Notes: generated by a model not told the origin, from the sequence alone. Positions 18,929 through 29,752 are shown, counted from the stretch's first letter. The stretch: 64,000 nt of DNA from Candidatus Parcubacteria bacterium (GCA_963814275.1 CAWFCE010000002.1:702919-766918), one strand, 5' to 3'. Numbers and translations: made by a program.

Positions 18929-21049
18929 CTATTCTTCCCTATTCACATAAACCGTTATTTCTTCTTCCCGGCCGTCCGCGCTGGCCCGAATGCGGTAAGT
19001 GCCGGGGGCGGGGGGCGAGTAGAACTCCGCGGCGCCGGAGCCGAGGGGCTCGCCGTTAACCGACCATTCAGCGGCGGCCGCGGATTTGAGGGCGAGCGAC
19101 ATGCTGTCCGCATAGAGGAATTCATCACCGTTATGCGGGCTTAAGATCAACTGGTCGGTAGTGAGAAGATTCTTTTGCCGTTCGTAGTCGTCGCCCGGCA
19201 GTCCGTATTCGATCGAATCGCCTTCGCTGAAATCCTTCAGGCCGGAGAAATCGAACTCCGAACCGCGGTTGTAAGGGGAATTATAGAGCAGATCCATGAC
19301 CTGGCTCCAGATTTCGCCGGCGCCGGCGGCGCCGGAAACCTCATCCATCGGCTCGTCCTCGGCATTCCCGACCCAGACGCCGACCGTGAAATCCGGCGTA
19401 TAGCCGAGTGTCCAGCTGTCGTGGAATTCCCGCGAAGTGCCGGTTTTGACCGCGTAATCGCGGAAGGGCAGATTCAAGGCGCTTTTCAGGCCGAATTCCT
19501 CGCTGCCGGTTTGCCGGTCGGCGATGATCCTGTTGGCAAGCCGGGCATAAGCCGGCTCGAAGATCTTCTTTTCAGCCTGGAAATCGGCGCCGGCTTCGAA
19601 GTAGGCGCCTTTTCCGGAATCTGCCTGGAGCGGCTGCAATATCCCGTCATTCGGGAAGATGGTGAAATAATGGGTGAGCGTCAGCAGGTCCATTTCGAGC
19701 TCGCCCAGGGCGATGCCCAGCTGGTAATTGGCCAGGTCCTGGACCGGCCTGAAGCGCAGATCGTTTTCCAGGAGGCTGTAGAAATCAGGCGGAGTAATAT
19801 ATTCCAGGACTTTGACGGTCGGGACGTTCAGGCTATTGGCCAGGGCGTAATGCAGGTTGACCGTGCCGCGGTATTCATAGTCATAGTTCTTGGGGTAGAA
19901 GGCATAGCCGGTGCCGATCGTATATTTGTATTCCCGGTCTTCGACCAGCGTATAGGGCCGCAGGCCCAGTGTGAAAGCGCGCGCGTAGATGAAAGGCTTG
20001 ATGGTAGAGCCGATCGCCCGCGGCCTGAGGGCCATGTTGATCTTATAGCCCCGGGCGTCGACCGACGGGTCAGGCGAGCCGACCAGGGCCAGGAGCTCAT
20101 TCCCGCCTTTGCCGCGGGGGGTGGCGATCACCGCCACTGCCGCGTTGCGGGCGCCGCTCTTGTACATATTTGCCAGACTGTCACCGGCGATCTGCCTGAT
20201 CTTGGCGGTCAGTCCGCTGTCGATCGTCAGGCGCGAGCCGCCCGGCGAGGCGGATCGGAGATCGCCCATTTCAAAAGCCGCTTCGTTTTGCCGGTAAGCG
20301 GTAAAATCGTTAACGGCGGCTTCCTCGCTAATGGCCGGGTATTCCCCGCGGTCTGTGGCCGATCCCAGCCGGCGGGCCAGGGCTTCGCTGCGCGCGATAT
20401 TGTTTTCCCGGAACGGATTGTCTCCGGCCGGATTGCCCAAGGCCGCCAGCAGGCGGACCGTTTGCGCGCCGGTCAGTTCGCGCAGGTCCCGCCCGCAGTA
20501 CAGCCGGGCTGCCGTTTGCAGGCCTTCGGCCTGGTTGCCGAAAAAAGCGGTATTGGCGTACATCACGAGGATCGAGTCTTTGCCGGCATGCGCTTCCAGG
20601 GCCAGGGCGTACCAGGCTTCTTTCAGTTTGTTCCCGATACTGCGTTCCCGCTCCTGCCCGAGCAGCAGTTTGGCGGTTTGCTGGGTAATAGTCGAGGAAC
20701 TGGGGTAGCCGCCGCCGGCGACCAGGCGCCAGGCCGCCCGGACGAGGCTCAGGGGATTGATCCCGGGATGGTAATAGAACCAGCGGTCTTCTTTGCGGAT
20801 GATCATGCGGGCGGTTGCCGCCGGCAGGCGGTCCAGGCGCAGGGCGTAATTGCCGGCTGAGTTAAGCCTAATATCGACAATTTCGCCGTTCCGGTCGGTC
20901 AGCACGGCCGATGCGCGCGCCCGGTACAGGGCCTTTAAATGATCGGCGCCGGGAATAGTGGCCAGGAAAAAAAGCGCCCAGATAAGCGCGGCCAGGGCGA
21001 AGACGATTGACCAGGTTTTGCTGCGGTATTTTTTCGGCATAGTTCTCAT
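18929..21049 (-). CDS. pbpC: Penicillin-binding protein 1C (glycosyltransferase GT51 + transpeptidase)
   Basis: N-terminal TM. GT51 motifs EDRWFYYHPGINP and SSTITQQTAKLL. Transpeptidase-like central domain. Size and adjacency to A2M match PbpC. Confidence 0.88.
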   Translation of the reverse strand: MRTMPKKYRSKTWSIVFALAALIWALFFLATIPGADHLKALYRARASAVLTDRNGEIVDIRLNSAGNYALRLDRLPAATARMIIRKEDRWFYYHPGINPLSLVRAAWRLVAGGGYPSSSTITQQTAKLLLGQERERSIGNKLKEAWYALALEAHAGKDSILVMYANTAFFGNQAEGLQTAARLYCGRDLRELTGAQTVRLLAALGNPAGDNPFRENNIARSEALARRLGSATDRGEYPAISEEAAVNDFTAYRQNEAAFEMGDLRSASPGGSRLTIDSGLTAKIRQIAGDSLANMYKSGARNAAVAVIATPRGKGGNELLALVGSPDPSVDARGYKINMALRPRAIGSTIKPFIYARAFTLGLRPYTLVEDREYKYTIGTGYAFYPKNYDYEYRGTVNLHYALANSLNVPTVKVLEYITPPDFYSLLENDLRFRPVQDLANYQLGIALGELEMDLLTLTHYFTIFPNDGILQPLQADSGKGAYFEAGADFQAEKKIFEPAYARLANRIIADRQTGSEEFGLKSALNLPFRDYAVKTGTSREFHDSWTLGYTPDFTVGVWVGNAEDEPMDEVSGAAGAGEIWSQVMDLLYNSPYNRGSEFDFSGLKDFSEGDSIEYGLPGDDYERQKNLLTTDQLILSPHNGDEFLYADSMSLALKSAAAAEWSVNGEPLGSGAAEFYSPPAPGTYRIRASADGREEEITVYVNREE

Positions 21050-21411
21050 GTCTCAAGTATAACAATATTTACGGGCAGAGTGCCAGTTCCCTGGGCCGGT
21101 TAATCGGCAAAAAGAAATTATTGTTTAAAGCCGGATTTGATGGTCTGGATTTTATTTATGGCCGTTAAATCGATTTTGCCAATGATTAGCCAAATTTACA
21201 CTTGACAAAATTATCTATTCGTGATATTTTTACAAGATTTATTCAGTTTAATATAAAAGGAAAAAGTAATAATGTTTTTGCTAATATTTAAGTTTTTACT
21301 AGATATTGGTATTTTTTACCGCTGATTAGGCGCAGATTATTACGCGGATATGGCGCTGATAATAAACAATATAAATTTGTTTTTAATTTAAATTATTAAT
21401 AGATTCAAATT

Positions 21412-23949
21412 ATGAAGAATTTTAAGATTTTGGGAGGGGTTTTTTGCGGTTTGTTTATATTGTTTTTATTCACTTTCATCCCCGTTGCCCGGGCGCAAAG
21501 CACTGGCGGCGGCGGTGGGGGAGGCGGCGGCAGTTATGGCGGGCCAATGCCGCATCTCTCGGCCATGATCGACAATTACAAAGACGCGCGTCCGGCAGCC
21601 GGGATCAATGAGGCGGACGCGGTTTTTGAGTATCCGGTCGAGGGCGGCATTACCCGGATGATGGCGGTCTACAAGGCGGATACGGCGGCGGATCCGGCCA
21701 CCAAGATCGGCCCGATCCGTTCCGCCCGTCCCTATTTCGCGCGCACGGCCGGTTCGCTGGAGTCCGTCTACGCCCATGCCGGCGGCAGCCCGGCAGCCTT
21801 AGCCGGCCTTATCAGGGGGGATTATGATCTGTATGACATGGACGCGCTTCAGACGCCGGCCAGCGAGTATTTCTGGCGTGACGACAGCTTGGCCATGCCC
21901 CATAATCTCTTCACTTCGATCAGTGACCTGGAAGATTACCGCGCCCGTTTCGGTTATGACGACAGCCAAACGGCTGTTTGGCCGTGGATATTTTCCGCTG
22001 ACCCGGAAGAAACCGGCATGTTTGCCCTGGCGGAAGTGGCGGTCGATTATGACGGCGAAGACTACGATCTCAAATGGGTATATGACAATAGCCTTTCCGC
22101 TTATCGGCGGCAGATCAAGATGAACGGGAAATACATTCCCTATCTCGATGCCGGCGGCAATGCGGTAACGGCGGAAAATATCGCCGTGCAGTATGACGAA
22201 ACCGATTCGCTCAAGGAAACGGCGGCCATGGCCGGCCGGGCGCTCATGTGCCGCGGCGGATATTGCCAGGACGGCGCCTGGCGGAAGGAGGGGCTTAGTG
22301 AGCCGGTAAAATTCTACGATGGGCAAAATAACGAATTTATATTCAGCGCCGGCCGCCTCTGGGTGAACGTAACCGGCAACCGCTATTTCCACGATATCAC
22401 GCTCCAAAGCGGCTGGAATGTCGTTTCCACGCCGCGCCTGGTGGCCAGCCACCGCTTTTCCGCGCCGGAAACCGCGGCCAATTTCGATATTTACGTGCTG
22501 GACCCGGCGAGCCCTTCCGGCTGGTCCACGCCCGATGATCTGGGCCAGACCGAATTCACCCCGCTCTTCGGTTATTTCATATACAATAAGACCGGCAGCA
22601 ATGCCGTTTTGACCATGGATTACCGCCGGGAAGTTGATCCCAACGAGCGTATTTTTACCCGGACGGTAGAGTCGGGATGGAACTCGATCGGCGTGGCCAA
22701 TCCCAGTTACGCGCAGCGGCAGAAAGCGGCCAGCAACGCCGACGCCAATAATGTTAAAAATATTCTGAGTTCACTGTCGGCGAATACGGATACGGTGCTG
22801 GACTTTACGGCCGGATCGCCGGATCGCTCGGCGGTCCTCGTGGCCGAACGCTGGGATGCCAAGGTGTTGAGTCAGCTCGATTATCTGGGTGATCTCCGGG
22901 AGACCAAGGGCTATGCGGTCTATACTACCGACACCGGCATTTACCAGGGTTTTCAGAATACCAGCCCCTTGCATGAGGTCCGGCCTCTTACGGTCGGCCT
23001 GAACGGACCGGCCGCCGGCAAGATAGTTGCCGGTTCCGGAGCTGTATTATTGGCCGATATCAGCGTATCGGTAGGCGACCGGGATATCGTGGTTGAAAAC
23101 CTGCCGCTCAAGCTCGAAATGGCCAGCGCCCGGGTGGGTGATAATCCCAGGAATATCACCCTGGTCAATTATTATGGTGGCAATTATTACCGGACGGCCG
23201 ACCCGGAATCCGCCGCGCGGGAAACGATATTGAATTTCCGCAATATTTATCTCTATGCGGAGCAGAGTTACCGGTTCCAGATATTTGCCGAAATACCGGC
23301 CGGAGCGGCTGATGGCCAGGCTTATCGCCTGAAAATGGCTGAATATCCGCCGATCACCGCCCGCTTTTTGTCCGGCAATGCTTTGCTCGATATCTCTGAT
23401 GTGTCATTCAATGCCCAAACTGCGAATTGGCAGACCGTAAAAAATGCCATACCTCAGACCTATAGCTTGTTCAAAGTCACGACCAATAACACCACCGTGC
23501 CCGCCGACGCCCGGGGGGTTTTACTCTATAAGGGTAAAGTGGTAAATAATTATGGCGACATGACGGTTACCAAAATGAGTTTTGCCGGACTGGTCGGTGA
23601 TGGCAGTGAAGGTGGTTTTTTCGATGATTGGTCAAGCTTTTATCTGAACCTAATCGATCCGACGAATGGCGCGGAAACTTTGCTGGCCTCGGTAAATACC
23701 GGCCAATCGGACGGAAGCATTATCGAGTTCAGCGGATTCAATTTATCCGTTATATCGAATACATCATTTCTGTATCCATATTTTTCCATTCGGGGCAATG
23801 TAAAAAACGACCCTCACGGCCGGACACTGTCCCTCAGGATGATCAATGATGCCAATGCTTATACCGTGGTAAACCCACTCAGTTATCCGGTGGCCAAGGG
23901 CAATATCGACACGAGCTATGGCCAGGTTACAACCGTGGTGGCGGATTGA
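21412..23949 (+). CDS. Secreted DUF3048 (YerB-like) domain protein with poly-Gly linker and long C-terminal extension
   Basis: Signal peptide, G9 tract, DARPAAGINEADAVFEYPVEGGITRMMAVY and IRSARPYF...HAGGS motifs typical of DUF3048. Confidence 0.65.
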   Translation: MKNFKILGGVFCGLFILFLFTFIPVARAQSTGGGGGGGGGSYGGPMPHLSAMIDNYKDARPAAGINEADAVFEYPVEGGITRMMAVYKADTAADPATKIGPIRSARPYFARTAGSLESVYAHAGGSPAALAGLIRGDYDLYDMDALQTPASEYFWRDDSLAMPHNLFTSISDLEDYRARFGYDDSQTAVWPWIFSADPEETGMFALAEVAVDYDGEDYDLKWVYDNSLSAYRRQIKMNGKYIPYLDAGGNAVTAENIAVQYDETDSLKETAAMAGRALMCRGGYCQDGAWRKEGLSEPVKFYDGQNNEFIFSAGRLWVNVTGNRYFHDITLQSGWNVVSTPRLVASHRFSAPETAANFDIYVLDPASPSGWSTPDDLGQTEFTPLFGYFIYNKTGSNAVLTMDYRREVDPNERIFTRTVESGWNSIGVANPSYAQRQKAASNADANNVKNILSSLSANTDTVLDFTAGSPDRSAVLVAERWDAKVLSQLDYLGDLRETKGYAVYTTDTGIYQGFQNTSPLHEVRPLTVGLNGPAAGKIVAGSGAVLLADISVSVGDRDIVVENLPLKLEMASARVGDNPRNITLVNYYGGNYYRTADPESAARETILNFRNIYLYAEQSYRFQIFAEIPAGAADGQAYRLKMAEYPPITARFLSGNALLDISDVSFNAQTANWQTVKNAIPQTYSLFKVTTNNTTVPADARGVLLYKGKVVNNYGDMTVTKMSFAGLVGDGSEGGFFDDWSSFYLNLIDPTNGAETLLASVNTGQSDGSIIEFSGFNLSVISNTSFLYPYFSIRGNVKNDPHGRTLSLRMINDANAYTVVNPLSYPVAKGNIDTSYGQVTTVVAD

Positions 23950-24014
23950 CGCTGACTGGCCGAAAATATTTTATATCACAAACAGGTTATTATTCTATAA
24001 CATTTAAAATCCAT

Positions 24015-25730
24015 ATGAAGAAATTATTCCCAATTGTGCCGATCGTGATTGTCCTCAGCTTGTTTTTGCCGCTGTCGTCCCGGGCGGCAGGGGATTTTCC
24101 CGCTTTTCCGATGGCGTTTTACGGGCAGGCGACCCTGGACGGGGCAGCCTTGCCGGCCGGCTCCAGAATCGAGGCGTATGACAACGAAACCATGGTCGGG
24201 GAGATTACGCTTGGCGCGGCCGGCCGCTACGGCGAAGATGCCCCGATGGGGGCGAAGCTCCTGGTCGGTTCGTATGCTGGCTACAGGATCCTGTTCAAAT
24301 ATGCTTTGCCCGGCGCGGCAGAAGCGCCGGCCGGCTTGTCGCCGGCCAGTTATGACCATGAATTCTCCGCCGGCCAGTCGGTGGCGCTCGACCTTAAGTT
24401 CATTTCCGACGCGGTTGCGCCGAAAGTCCTGAATGGCTGGCCCAGCGGCACGCTGGCCAGGGGCATCAATAGCGCGACCATTTCGGTCAATACAGACGAA
24501 GTTGCGGTATGCCGCTATGCCGCCGCGCCGAATAGCGATTTCGGCGCGATGAAGGATTTTGACGGGACCGGTTCCCTGACCCACACCGCCCTGATCGAAG
24601 GGCTCAAAAGCGGCAGCCAGTACAAATTTTATATCCGTTGCCGCGACCAGGCCGGCAATATCGGCTCGGTAGATTATACGATTGCGTTTTCCGTAGCCGC
24701 AGCATCGTCTTCGGGCGGCAGCGGCGGCGGAAGCTCCAGTGGAGGAGGAAATAATACTGCCGCCGACCGGACCGCGCCGGGCAAAGTGGCAGGCCTCAGG
24801 ATATCGCGCAGCGGCCGGACTGTCAGTGTAAGCTGGACCAATCCTTCGGACAGCGATATTATGGGTGTCATACTGGCGCGGAGCGAATCGGCCATTGGCG
24901 CAGACGCGAGCGGAAAAAGCCTGCTCGATATCGACGGCCTGGTAATTAACGGCCTGATGAGCGCCTACATCGATAATTACGCCGATGCGGCGAAAGGCTA
25001 TTATTATGCGGTCAGCGTCTATGACTCGAGCCTCAATTATGGCGCACCGATGGTTGTCTACAGTCCGCCGGCCGTTCAACCGAATGGGCAAACGGACGAG
25101 GCGGTGGTCGTCCTGGGCGAAGAATACGACCCTTACGCCGGGATCAAGAGTCTGTACGGCGTCGATGGCGATACCTCTAATGACGTCAGCTTACGGGAAG
25201 GCGGGTCGATCTGGTCGCAGAACGGATACATCGCTATGGCCGAAGACAGCAAGGGGATTTACGGCCGTGTTACCGTCGGTCAGGCGGGATTGTCTGACAA
25301 GGCCAAATATTCGATCGCCTATTTCATCCAGTACGGCACGCCCACGACCCTGCGCCTGGGCGCGGGCGAGCGGGGCGGCGCGCTGAATTCTTACGCGGCC
25401 GCTTTCGGCCGCATGCCCGCGGGCGCAGCGGACTGGCAGGACGTGGTCAAGATCGCCAACGGCCGCTGGCCGCAGGCGAGGAATACAGCCGCAGAGGAGG
25501 CGGCTAAGGCCGGATTCAGGAAGATCTACCGCAAGGACGCGGATATGAACGACGCACACGACAACGCGGCCGTGACCATCATGGCCTATGGCCTCCGGCC
25601 GGCGAACCGCAATCTGTCCAGCGAGCAAGCGGCTATTAGAATATTCAAGGCGATCTACGGATACGCCCCGGTTTCAGCGACGGATTGGGACGCGGTGCGG
25701 GCGATCGCGTATAGCGGCGCTACCCGCTAA
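24015..25730 (+). CDS. Secreted protein with Gly/Ser linker and FN3-like segment; function unknown
   Basis: ORF 23946-25730; likely start at MKKLFPIVPIVIVLSLFLPLSSRA (signal peptide). GGSGGGSSSGGG linker. Confidence 0.6.
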   Translation: MKKLFPIVPIVIVLSLFLPLSSRAAGDFPAFPMAFYGQATLDGAALPAGSRIEAYDNETMVGEITLGAAGRYGEDAPMGAKLLVGSYAGYRILFKYALPGAAEAPAGLSPASYDHEFSAGQSVALDLKFISDAVAPKVLNGWPSGTLARGINSATISVNTDEVAVCRYAAAPNSDFGAMKDFDGTGSLTHTALIEGLKSGSQYKFYIRCRDQAGNIGSVDYTIAFSVAAASSSGGSGGGSSSGGGNNTAADRTAPGKVAGLRISRSGRTVSVSWTNPSDSDIMGVILARSESAIGADASGKSLLDIDGLVINGLMSAYIDNYADAAKGYYYAVSVYDSSLNYGAPMVVYSPPAVQPNGQTDEAVVVLGEEYDPYAGIKSLYGVDGDTSNDVSLREGGSIWSQNGYIAMAEDSKGIYGRVTVGQAGLSDKAKYSIAYFIQYGTPTTLRLGAGERGGALNSYAAAFGRMPAGAADWQDVVKIANGRWPQARNTAAEEAAKAGFRKIYRKDADMNDAHDNAAVTIMAYGLRPANRNLSSEQAAIRIFKAIYGYAPVSATDWDAVRAIAYSGATR

Positions 25731-25775
25731 AGCGCGCCGGATCTTAAAAATTATTACATCAAATTAAATATAATA

Positions 25776-25815
25776 AAATAGACGCCAGGCTTTGTTTTAA
25801 AGCCTGGCGTTTTTG
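25776..25815 (+). terminator. Rho-independent terminator
   Basis: gacgccaggctttgttttaaagcctggcgtttttg. Confidence 0.6.
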
Positions 25816-26118
25816 ATGGAAAATAAAAAAGGGTACGATCATGGCGATTTCCCGGTTTTGATCGGGATAAATCTCCAGAGCGTACCCTGCCGTATTCGGC
25901 TAAGCGCGATTTTGGCTTCGCGCAAAGCCTTTAAAGGAAGGAGAAGAACTATATAGTAGTATATGGAATCTAAAATAATTGTCAAGGATGAAGAGCTCAA
26001 TTAAAAAGCGATAACTTGATTTTTTGGCTGTAATTTGCTAGTATTTAGGCAAATATATTTTGACGCACTTTGCCCTTTTTATCGGCATTTAACCAAAGAA
26101 CAGACAAAGGAGCTTGAG

Positions 26119-26415
26119 ATGGCAGACAGAAAAATCATCGTTTTTGTGCCGAACATGGTCAAGATGGCTGATGAGGTCGTCGAGCTTGACGGCCAATGCA
26201 AGGAACTCCTGGCCCAGCTGCACCGCCATGTCCGGCAAGCCGCCAAACTGCTGCAGTCGGTCGCGGATATCGCCGCCGCCAAAGGATACAAAGATCTTTA
26301 CGGGGATCTGAAGATAGCGGTTAAGGATTTTAATAAATGGGCGGCGCAGTCGGAAGATATGGACCATATCTACAACATAGACGTACTGAAGGAGGTAACG
26401 AAAGATGAAACATAG
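26119..26415 (+). CDS. Small hypothetical protein (~98 aa)
   Basis: AAGGAG RBS 6 nt before ATG 26119; overlaps the next ORF start (translational coupling). Confidence 0.45.
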   Translation: MADRKIIVFVPNMVKMADEVVELDGQCKELLAQLHRHVRQAAKLLQSVADIAAAKGYKDLYGDLKIAVKDFNKWAAQSEDMDHIYNIDVLKEVTKDET

Positions 26416-26863
26416 ACGGATCATCGGCATGACCATGGCGTTCGCGGTTGTCATCCTGCCCCTGGGCAGCTTCTGCCACTTCATTACCCTGATCGGGCCG
26501 GACGAATTCAGACTGATCCCGTTTTGGGTGAGGCTGCTGGTGTCGGCTTTTTATCTTACGTCAATGGTAGGGGTGACTATATTCGCCCCGTACGATTGGC
26601 GCATGAAAGAGGGCATAAGGGATATTTTCACCAGCTTTCCGGCCTGGTTGAAAGCTGCCATTATGCCGCTGGCCGCATTCTCCGCCTTGGTAATAATCAT
26701 TCTGTTCTGCGCGGGCCCCCATTTGCCGGAACAGGCCAAGTGGCCGTTTATTATCGAGAGCCTGGCCATTCTCAGCCTGTATCTGCTCCAGGTGGTGGTA
26801 TTTACCTATGATCATCTGGCGAAATTCGGGGAGGAAGCCGCCTCATTGATCGTGGGGCTGTAG
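26405..26863 (+). CDS. Hypothetical 4-TM membrane protein
   Basis: GGAGG RBS; four hydrophobic helices. Confidence 0.5.
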   Translation: MKHRRIIGMTMAFAVVILPLGSFCHFITLIGPDEFRLIPFWVRLLVSAFYLTSMVGVTIFAPYDWRMKEGIRDIFTSFPAWLKAAIMPLAAFSALVIIILFCAGPHLPEQAKWPFIIESLAILSLYLLQVVVFTYDHLAKFGEEAASLIVGL

Positions 26864-27008
26864 CAACGCGAATGAAGAGCCATAAGCCGGAACGGAATTT
26901 CCTTCCGGCTTTGTCATAATTATTACTGATAACATAAACTGCACACAACCCGCCAATCGCGCGTGAATATTAATTATAACCATACAAAGATTATAACCCG
27001 ATAACTTT

Positions 27009-27929
27009 ATGGAAAATCCATCCAATCAATTCGAGCTAAACGGCCGGGAGCAGAAACGGGAGCGCCGGGAAATCCTGGGCGAAATGCTTAAGGAAATTTC
27101 GGACCGGCTTAATAAGCAATTCAGGAATGAATCGGGCGAATCGGCAGGAGCCGATATATTGGACGGCGAATGCCGCATTGATATCAGGGCTTTCGCCGAG
27201 AGGGAAAAAGGGCCATACACGGAAGAAGAGATATCGGGCGACCAAGAAGAAGTCCGCCGCAAAGAAGAAGGGGAATTCCTGCCCGACCTGGATAATCCCA
27301 ATGTGGCCGCCTATTGCCGCGATAAGGGGGCGGTTACCCGGGAGGAAATGATCGAGGTTTTCCGCCGGGAGCGCCGGCAGGCCAATCCGGAAGCGCAGGA
27401 GATGGCGGTAACCGCGGCCTTGTACAAATTCCTGCCGGATGATTACGTGGCGGTCAGGACTTCCAAATACGACGATTACGTGAACGGTATCGATACCCTG
27501 ATTGTCAACCGGAAAACCGGTGAAGCGGTCTGCACGATCGATGAATTCAGCGCCCCGGAAAAAAGCGAACGGGGAGAGAAGAAAATGAAAAAGATTTTGA
27601 GCAAGGCCAGGCAGGGCGGCGCCCGGGCAAAATACGGCCTGGGCTACACCGAGGGCCGGCTTACGAAGAAGCCGGTCGGGCGCATACCCGCTTTCAATCT
27701 GCGCTTGTCCAGCCGGGATTTGCACGAGTTGATGGCGGAAATGGGCGGCGATATCGATGCCGCGCCGACAGAAAAAGAGAAAGCCATCATTTCGGCATTG
27801 ATCAGGGATTTTCGCGAACAAATAAGAGTGCTCCTGGATAGCGGCTTGCGCCCGGATATGGAGCGGAAGATCAACCATTTCAAAGAGTGGCTGGGGGAAT
27901 GGGAAGAAAGCGATAGAAGAGGTTTGTGA
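27009..27929 (+). CDS. Hypothetical charged protein (306 aa), no recognised domain
   Basis: Long ORF, high GC third position, Glu/Arg-rich. Confidence 0.55.
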   Translation: MENPSNQFELNGREQKRERREILGEMLKEISDRLNKQFRNESGESAGADILDGECRIDIRAFAEREKGPYTEEEISGDQEEVRRKEEGEFLPDLDNPNVAAYCRDKGAVTREEMIEVFRRERRQANPEAQEMAVTAALYKFLPDDYVAVRTSKYDDYVNGIDTLIVNRKTGEAVCTIDEFSAPEKSERGEKKMKKILSKARQGGARAKYGLGYTEGRLTKKPVGRIPAFNLRLSSRDLHELMAEMGGDIDAAPTEKEKAIISALIRDFREQIRVLLDSGLRPDMERKINHFKEWLGEWEESDRRGL

Positions 27930-27977
27930 TCGTTTTTCATATTATTTACGTGAAATAATATGACCACACCCCTATCT

Positions 27978-28153
27978 GTAAATTTCTAATATCTAATTCC
28001 TAAATCCTAAACAAATCCCAAATTCCAATGTCGAAAAAACCGAAACACGGCCGTTTATCAATATTCGCGATAATATTATGCGTTTAGAGTTTTGAATTTG
28101 GGATATTTGAATTTGTTTAGGATTTATGATTTAGAGTTTAGGATTTGTTGATC
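27978..28153. repeat. Family A palindromic element copy 3
   Basis: taaatttctaatatctaattcctaaatcctaaacaaatcc ... ggatttgtttaggatttatgatttagagtttaggatttg. Confidence 0.6.
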
Positions 28154-28203
28154 AATTCAACCATGGTTCATTCATAACCGAAAAGGAAAGGAGCTAAGGA
28201 AAA

Positions 28204-29304
28204 ATGGAGAATAGGATAATGCGCAGGATTTCCGACATGCATTGCGATTTCCGCATGCCGTATGATTGCTGGCGCCAGATGGATTACAATTTCGCGACAC
28301 GCCAGCAGTACAGGGAGCCGGCTTTCGATAATTGGCATATGATGCTGGCGCGCGCCTGGCAATTCGGGGTCAGGCCCGCCTCCGCCGGCCTGGACCCCGA
28401 TAATGACGACATTTCGGAAGACCGGTATGACCGTGTGATGAGCGAGGTAGTGGCGCGGTATTACCGTATCGCCTTTTGTTCGATCTATTTCGACTGGCAG
28501 GCTTTCGATAGCCGCCGCCAGCGGATGGACTTCATCCGCCACACGGTCGGGCGCTACCGTTCCTGGAATCTGCCGATCCTCGCTCCTGGTGTGCCGCTCG
28601 GGGATGAGGGCACGGCCCTGGTCCTGGTCCTGGAAGGCAGCGGGATCGTCAGGGGAATGGAAGACGTTTGTTTTCTGGCTGAAGCGGGTATCCGCGTCCT
28701 GGTGCCGCAGTATGGACACGAGCCAAAAGCCAAGGTCAAAAACGAGTTGGCCGACGGGATGGGATTGACTCCGATGGGCAATGTAATGATACACGAACTG
28801 CTGGAGCGGGGAGTGGTGATCGACCTGGCGCATGCCCTGCCCTATACCCGCGGCGATATCCTGGCCCTGGCCGAGTATGGCGGCTTTACCGGGCAGGTGA
28901 TCTATTCCCATGGATCATTCGGAGAGGATATGGCCGCGGCCGGCGCCAGCGAACAACAGGCGCGCGAACGCGGCATCTCGCGTGATGTGGCGAAGCGGAT
29001 CATCGATCTGGGCGGTATGATCGGCCTGAGCGTTTCCCGGCCGTTTTTTGCCGGCGTCGACGCGGTCGTCAACCGGATCATCGCGATCTGCGTGCTGGCC
29101 GGCAACTACCGGCAAGTGGCGATCGGCTCCGACTTCGGCGGCGTTTCCCCGAGCTATCTCATCGGCATCGACAACATCTATGATTTCGACAAGCTGGCAG
29201 AGGCGCTCCGGGAACGCGGTCTGGATGAAGAAGCGGTCCGCGGGATCACCTGCGACAACGCGGCTGTCTGGCTCGATTCCATTTCAACGCAGTTCATTTT
29301 ATGA
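28204..29304 (+). CDS. Zn-dependent dipeptidase-like protein (peptidase M19 / amidohydrolase fold)
   Basis: N-terminal DMHCDF (H-x-D), DLAHALPYTRGDILAL...SHGS, IGSDFGGV (cf. M19 lGtDfdG). Confidence 0.5.
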   Translation: MENRIMRRISDMHCDFRMPYDCWRQMDYNFATRQQYREPAFDNWHMMLARAWQFGVRPASAGLDPDNDDISEDRYDRVMSEVVARYYRIAFCSIYFDWQAFDSRRQRMDFIRHTVGRYRSWNLPILAPGVPLGDEGTALVLVLEGSGIVRGMEDVCFLAEAGIRVLVPQYGHEPKAKVKNELADGMGLTPMGNVMIHELLERGVVIDLAHALPYTRGDILALAEYGGFTGQVIYSHGSFGEDMAAAGASEQQARERGISRDVAKRIIDLGGMIGLSVSRPFFAGVDAVVNRIIAICVLAGNYRQVAIGSDFGGVSPSYLIGIDNIYDFDKLAEALRERGLDEEAVRGITCDNAAVWLDSISTQFIL

Positions 29305-29387
29305 CACAAAAGAATGCCCAAGCGCGAATTAAGCACTTGGGCATTTTATTTTCGTATTATTATATGCTAATAATGACAGATCGCTAC

Positions 29388-29752
29388 CATTGTCATTGCA
29401 AGCCTCGCACGCTACGGCGCGAATCGGTCCCGAGGCGTTTTTTAACCTGTCATTGCGAGCGACAGAAATAATTATTATCTGAACGCAGGCCGGAAAAACA
29501 TCAAGAACTCATTTTTACGAACCTGAAGTCGCGAAGCAATCCCGAGGCGCGCGGAACCAGCCCTTTTTACCTTTCTTTTATAAACGTTTTGTGTATTGTG
29601 GCACGGGATTGCTTCGCGACTCCATGATCGAAAAATATACCAGTCAGGTTTTTATCGCAGTTGCAAGAAGCTAATATTTATTTCTGTCGCTCGCAATGAC
29701 AGATTAATTAAGATTGCTTCGCCCCGCAGTGTGCGAGGCTCGCAATGACTGT
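29388..29752. repeat. GC-rich nested-palindrome element, family C copy 1 (~365 bp)
   Basis: Modules tgtcattgcaagcctcgcac..., tgtcattgcgagcgacagaaa, gaagtcgcgaagcaatcccgaggcg, then their reverse complements ggcacgggattgcttcgcgactcc, tctgtcgctcgcaatgaca, gattgcttcgccccgcagtgtgcgaggctcgcaatgac in mirror order. Confidence 0.7.

Noticed and set aside
19175-20860. 561-aa plus-strand ORF overlapping pbpC
   Set aside because: Antisense to a gene with clear GT51/transpeptidase motifs; translation is Ala/Gly/Arg-rich without motifs.
24024-25091. 355-aa minus-strand ORF inside the 23946/24015 secreted-protein gene
   Set aside because: Antisense Arg/Ala-rich artefact; the plus strand carries signal peptide and linker features.
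29388-29752. Family C GC-rich palindromes as integron attC sites or CRISPR repeats
   Set aside because: No R''/L''-L'/R' core sites (GTTRRRY) and no regular repeat-spacer periodicity. Modules occur in mirror order, consistent with nested palindromes rather than arrays.
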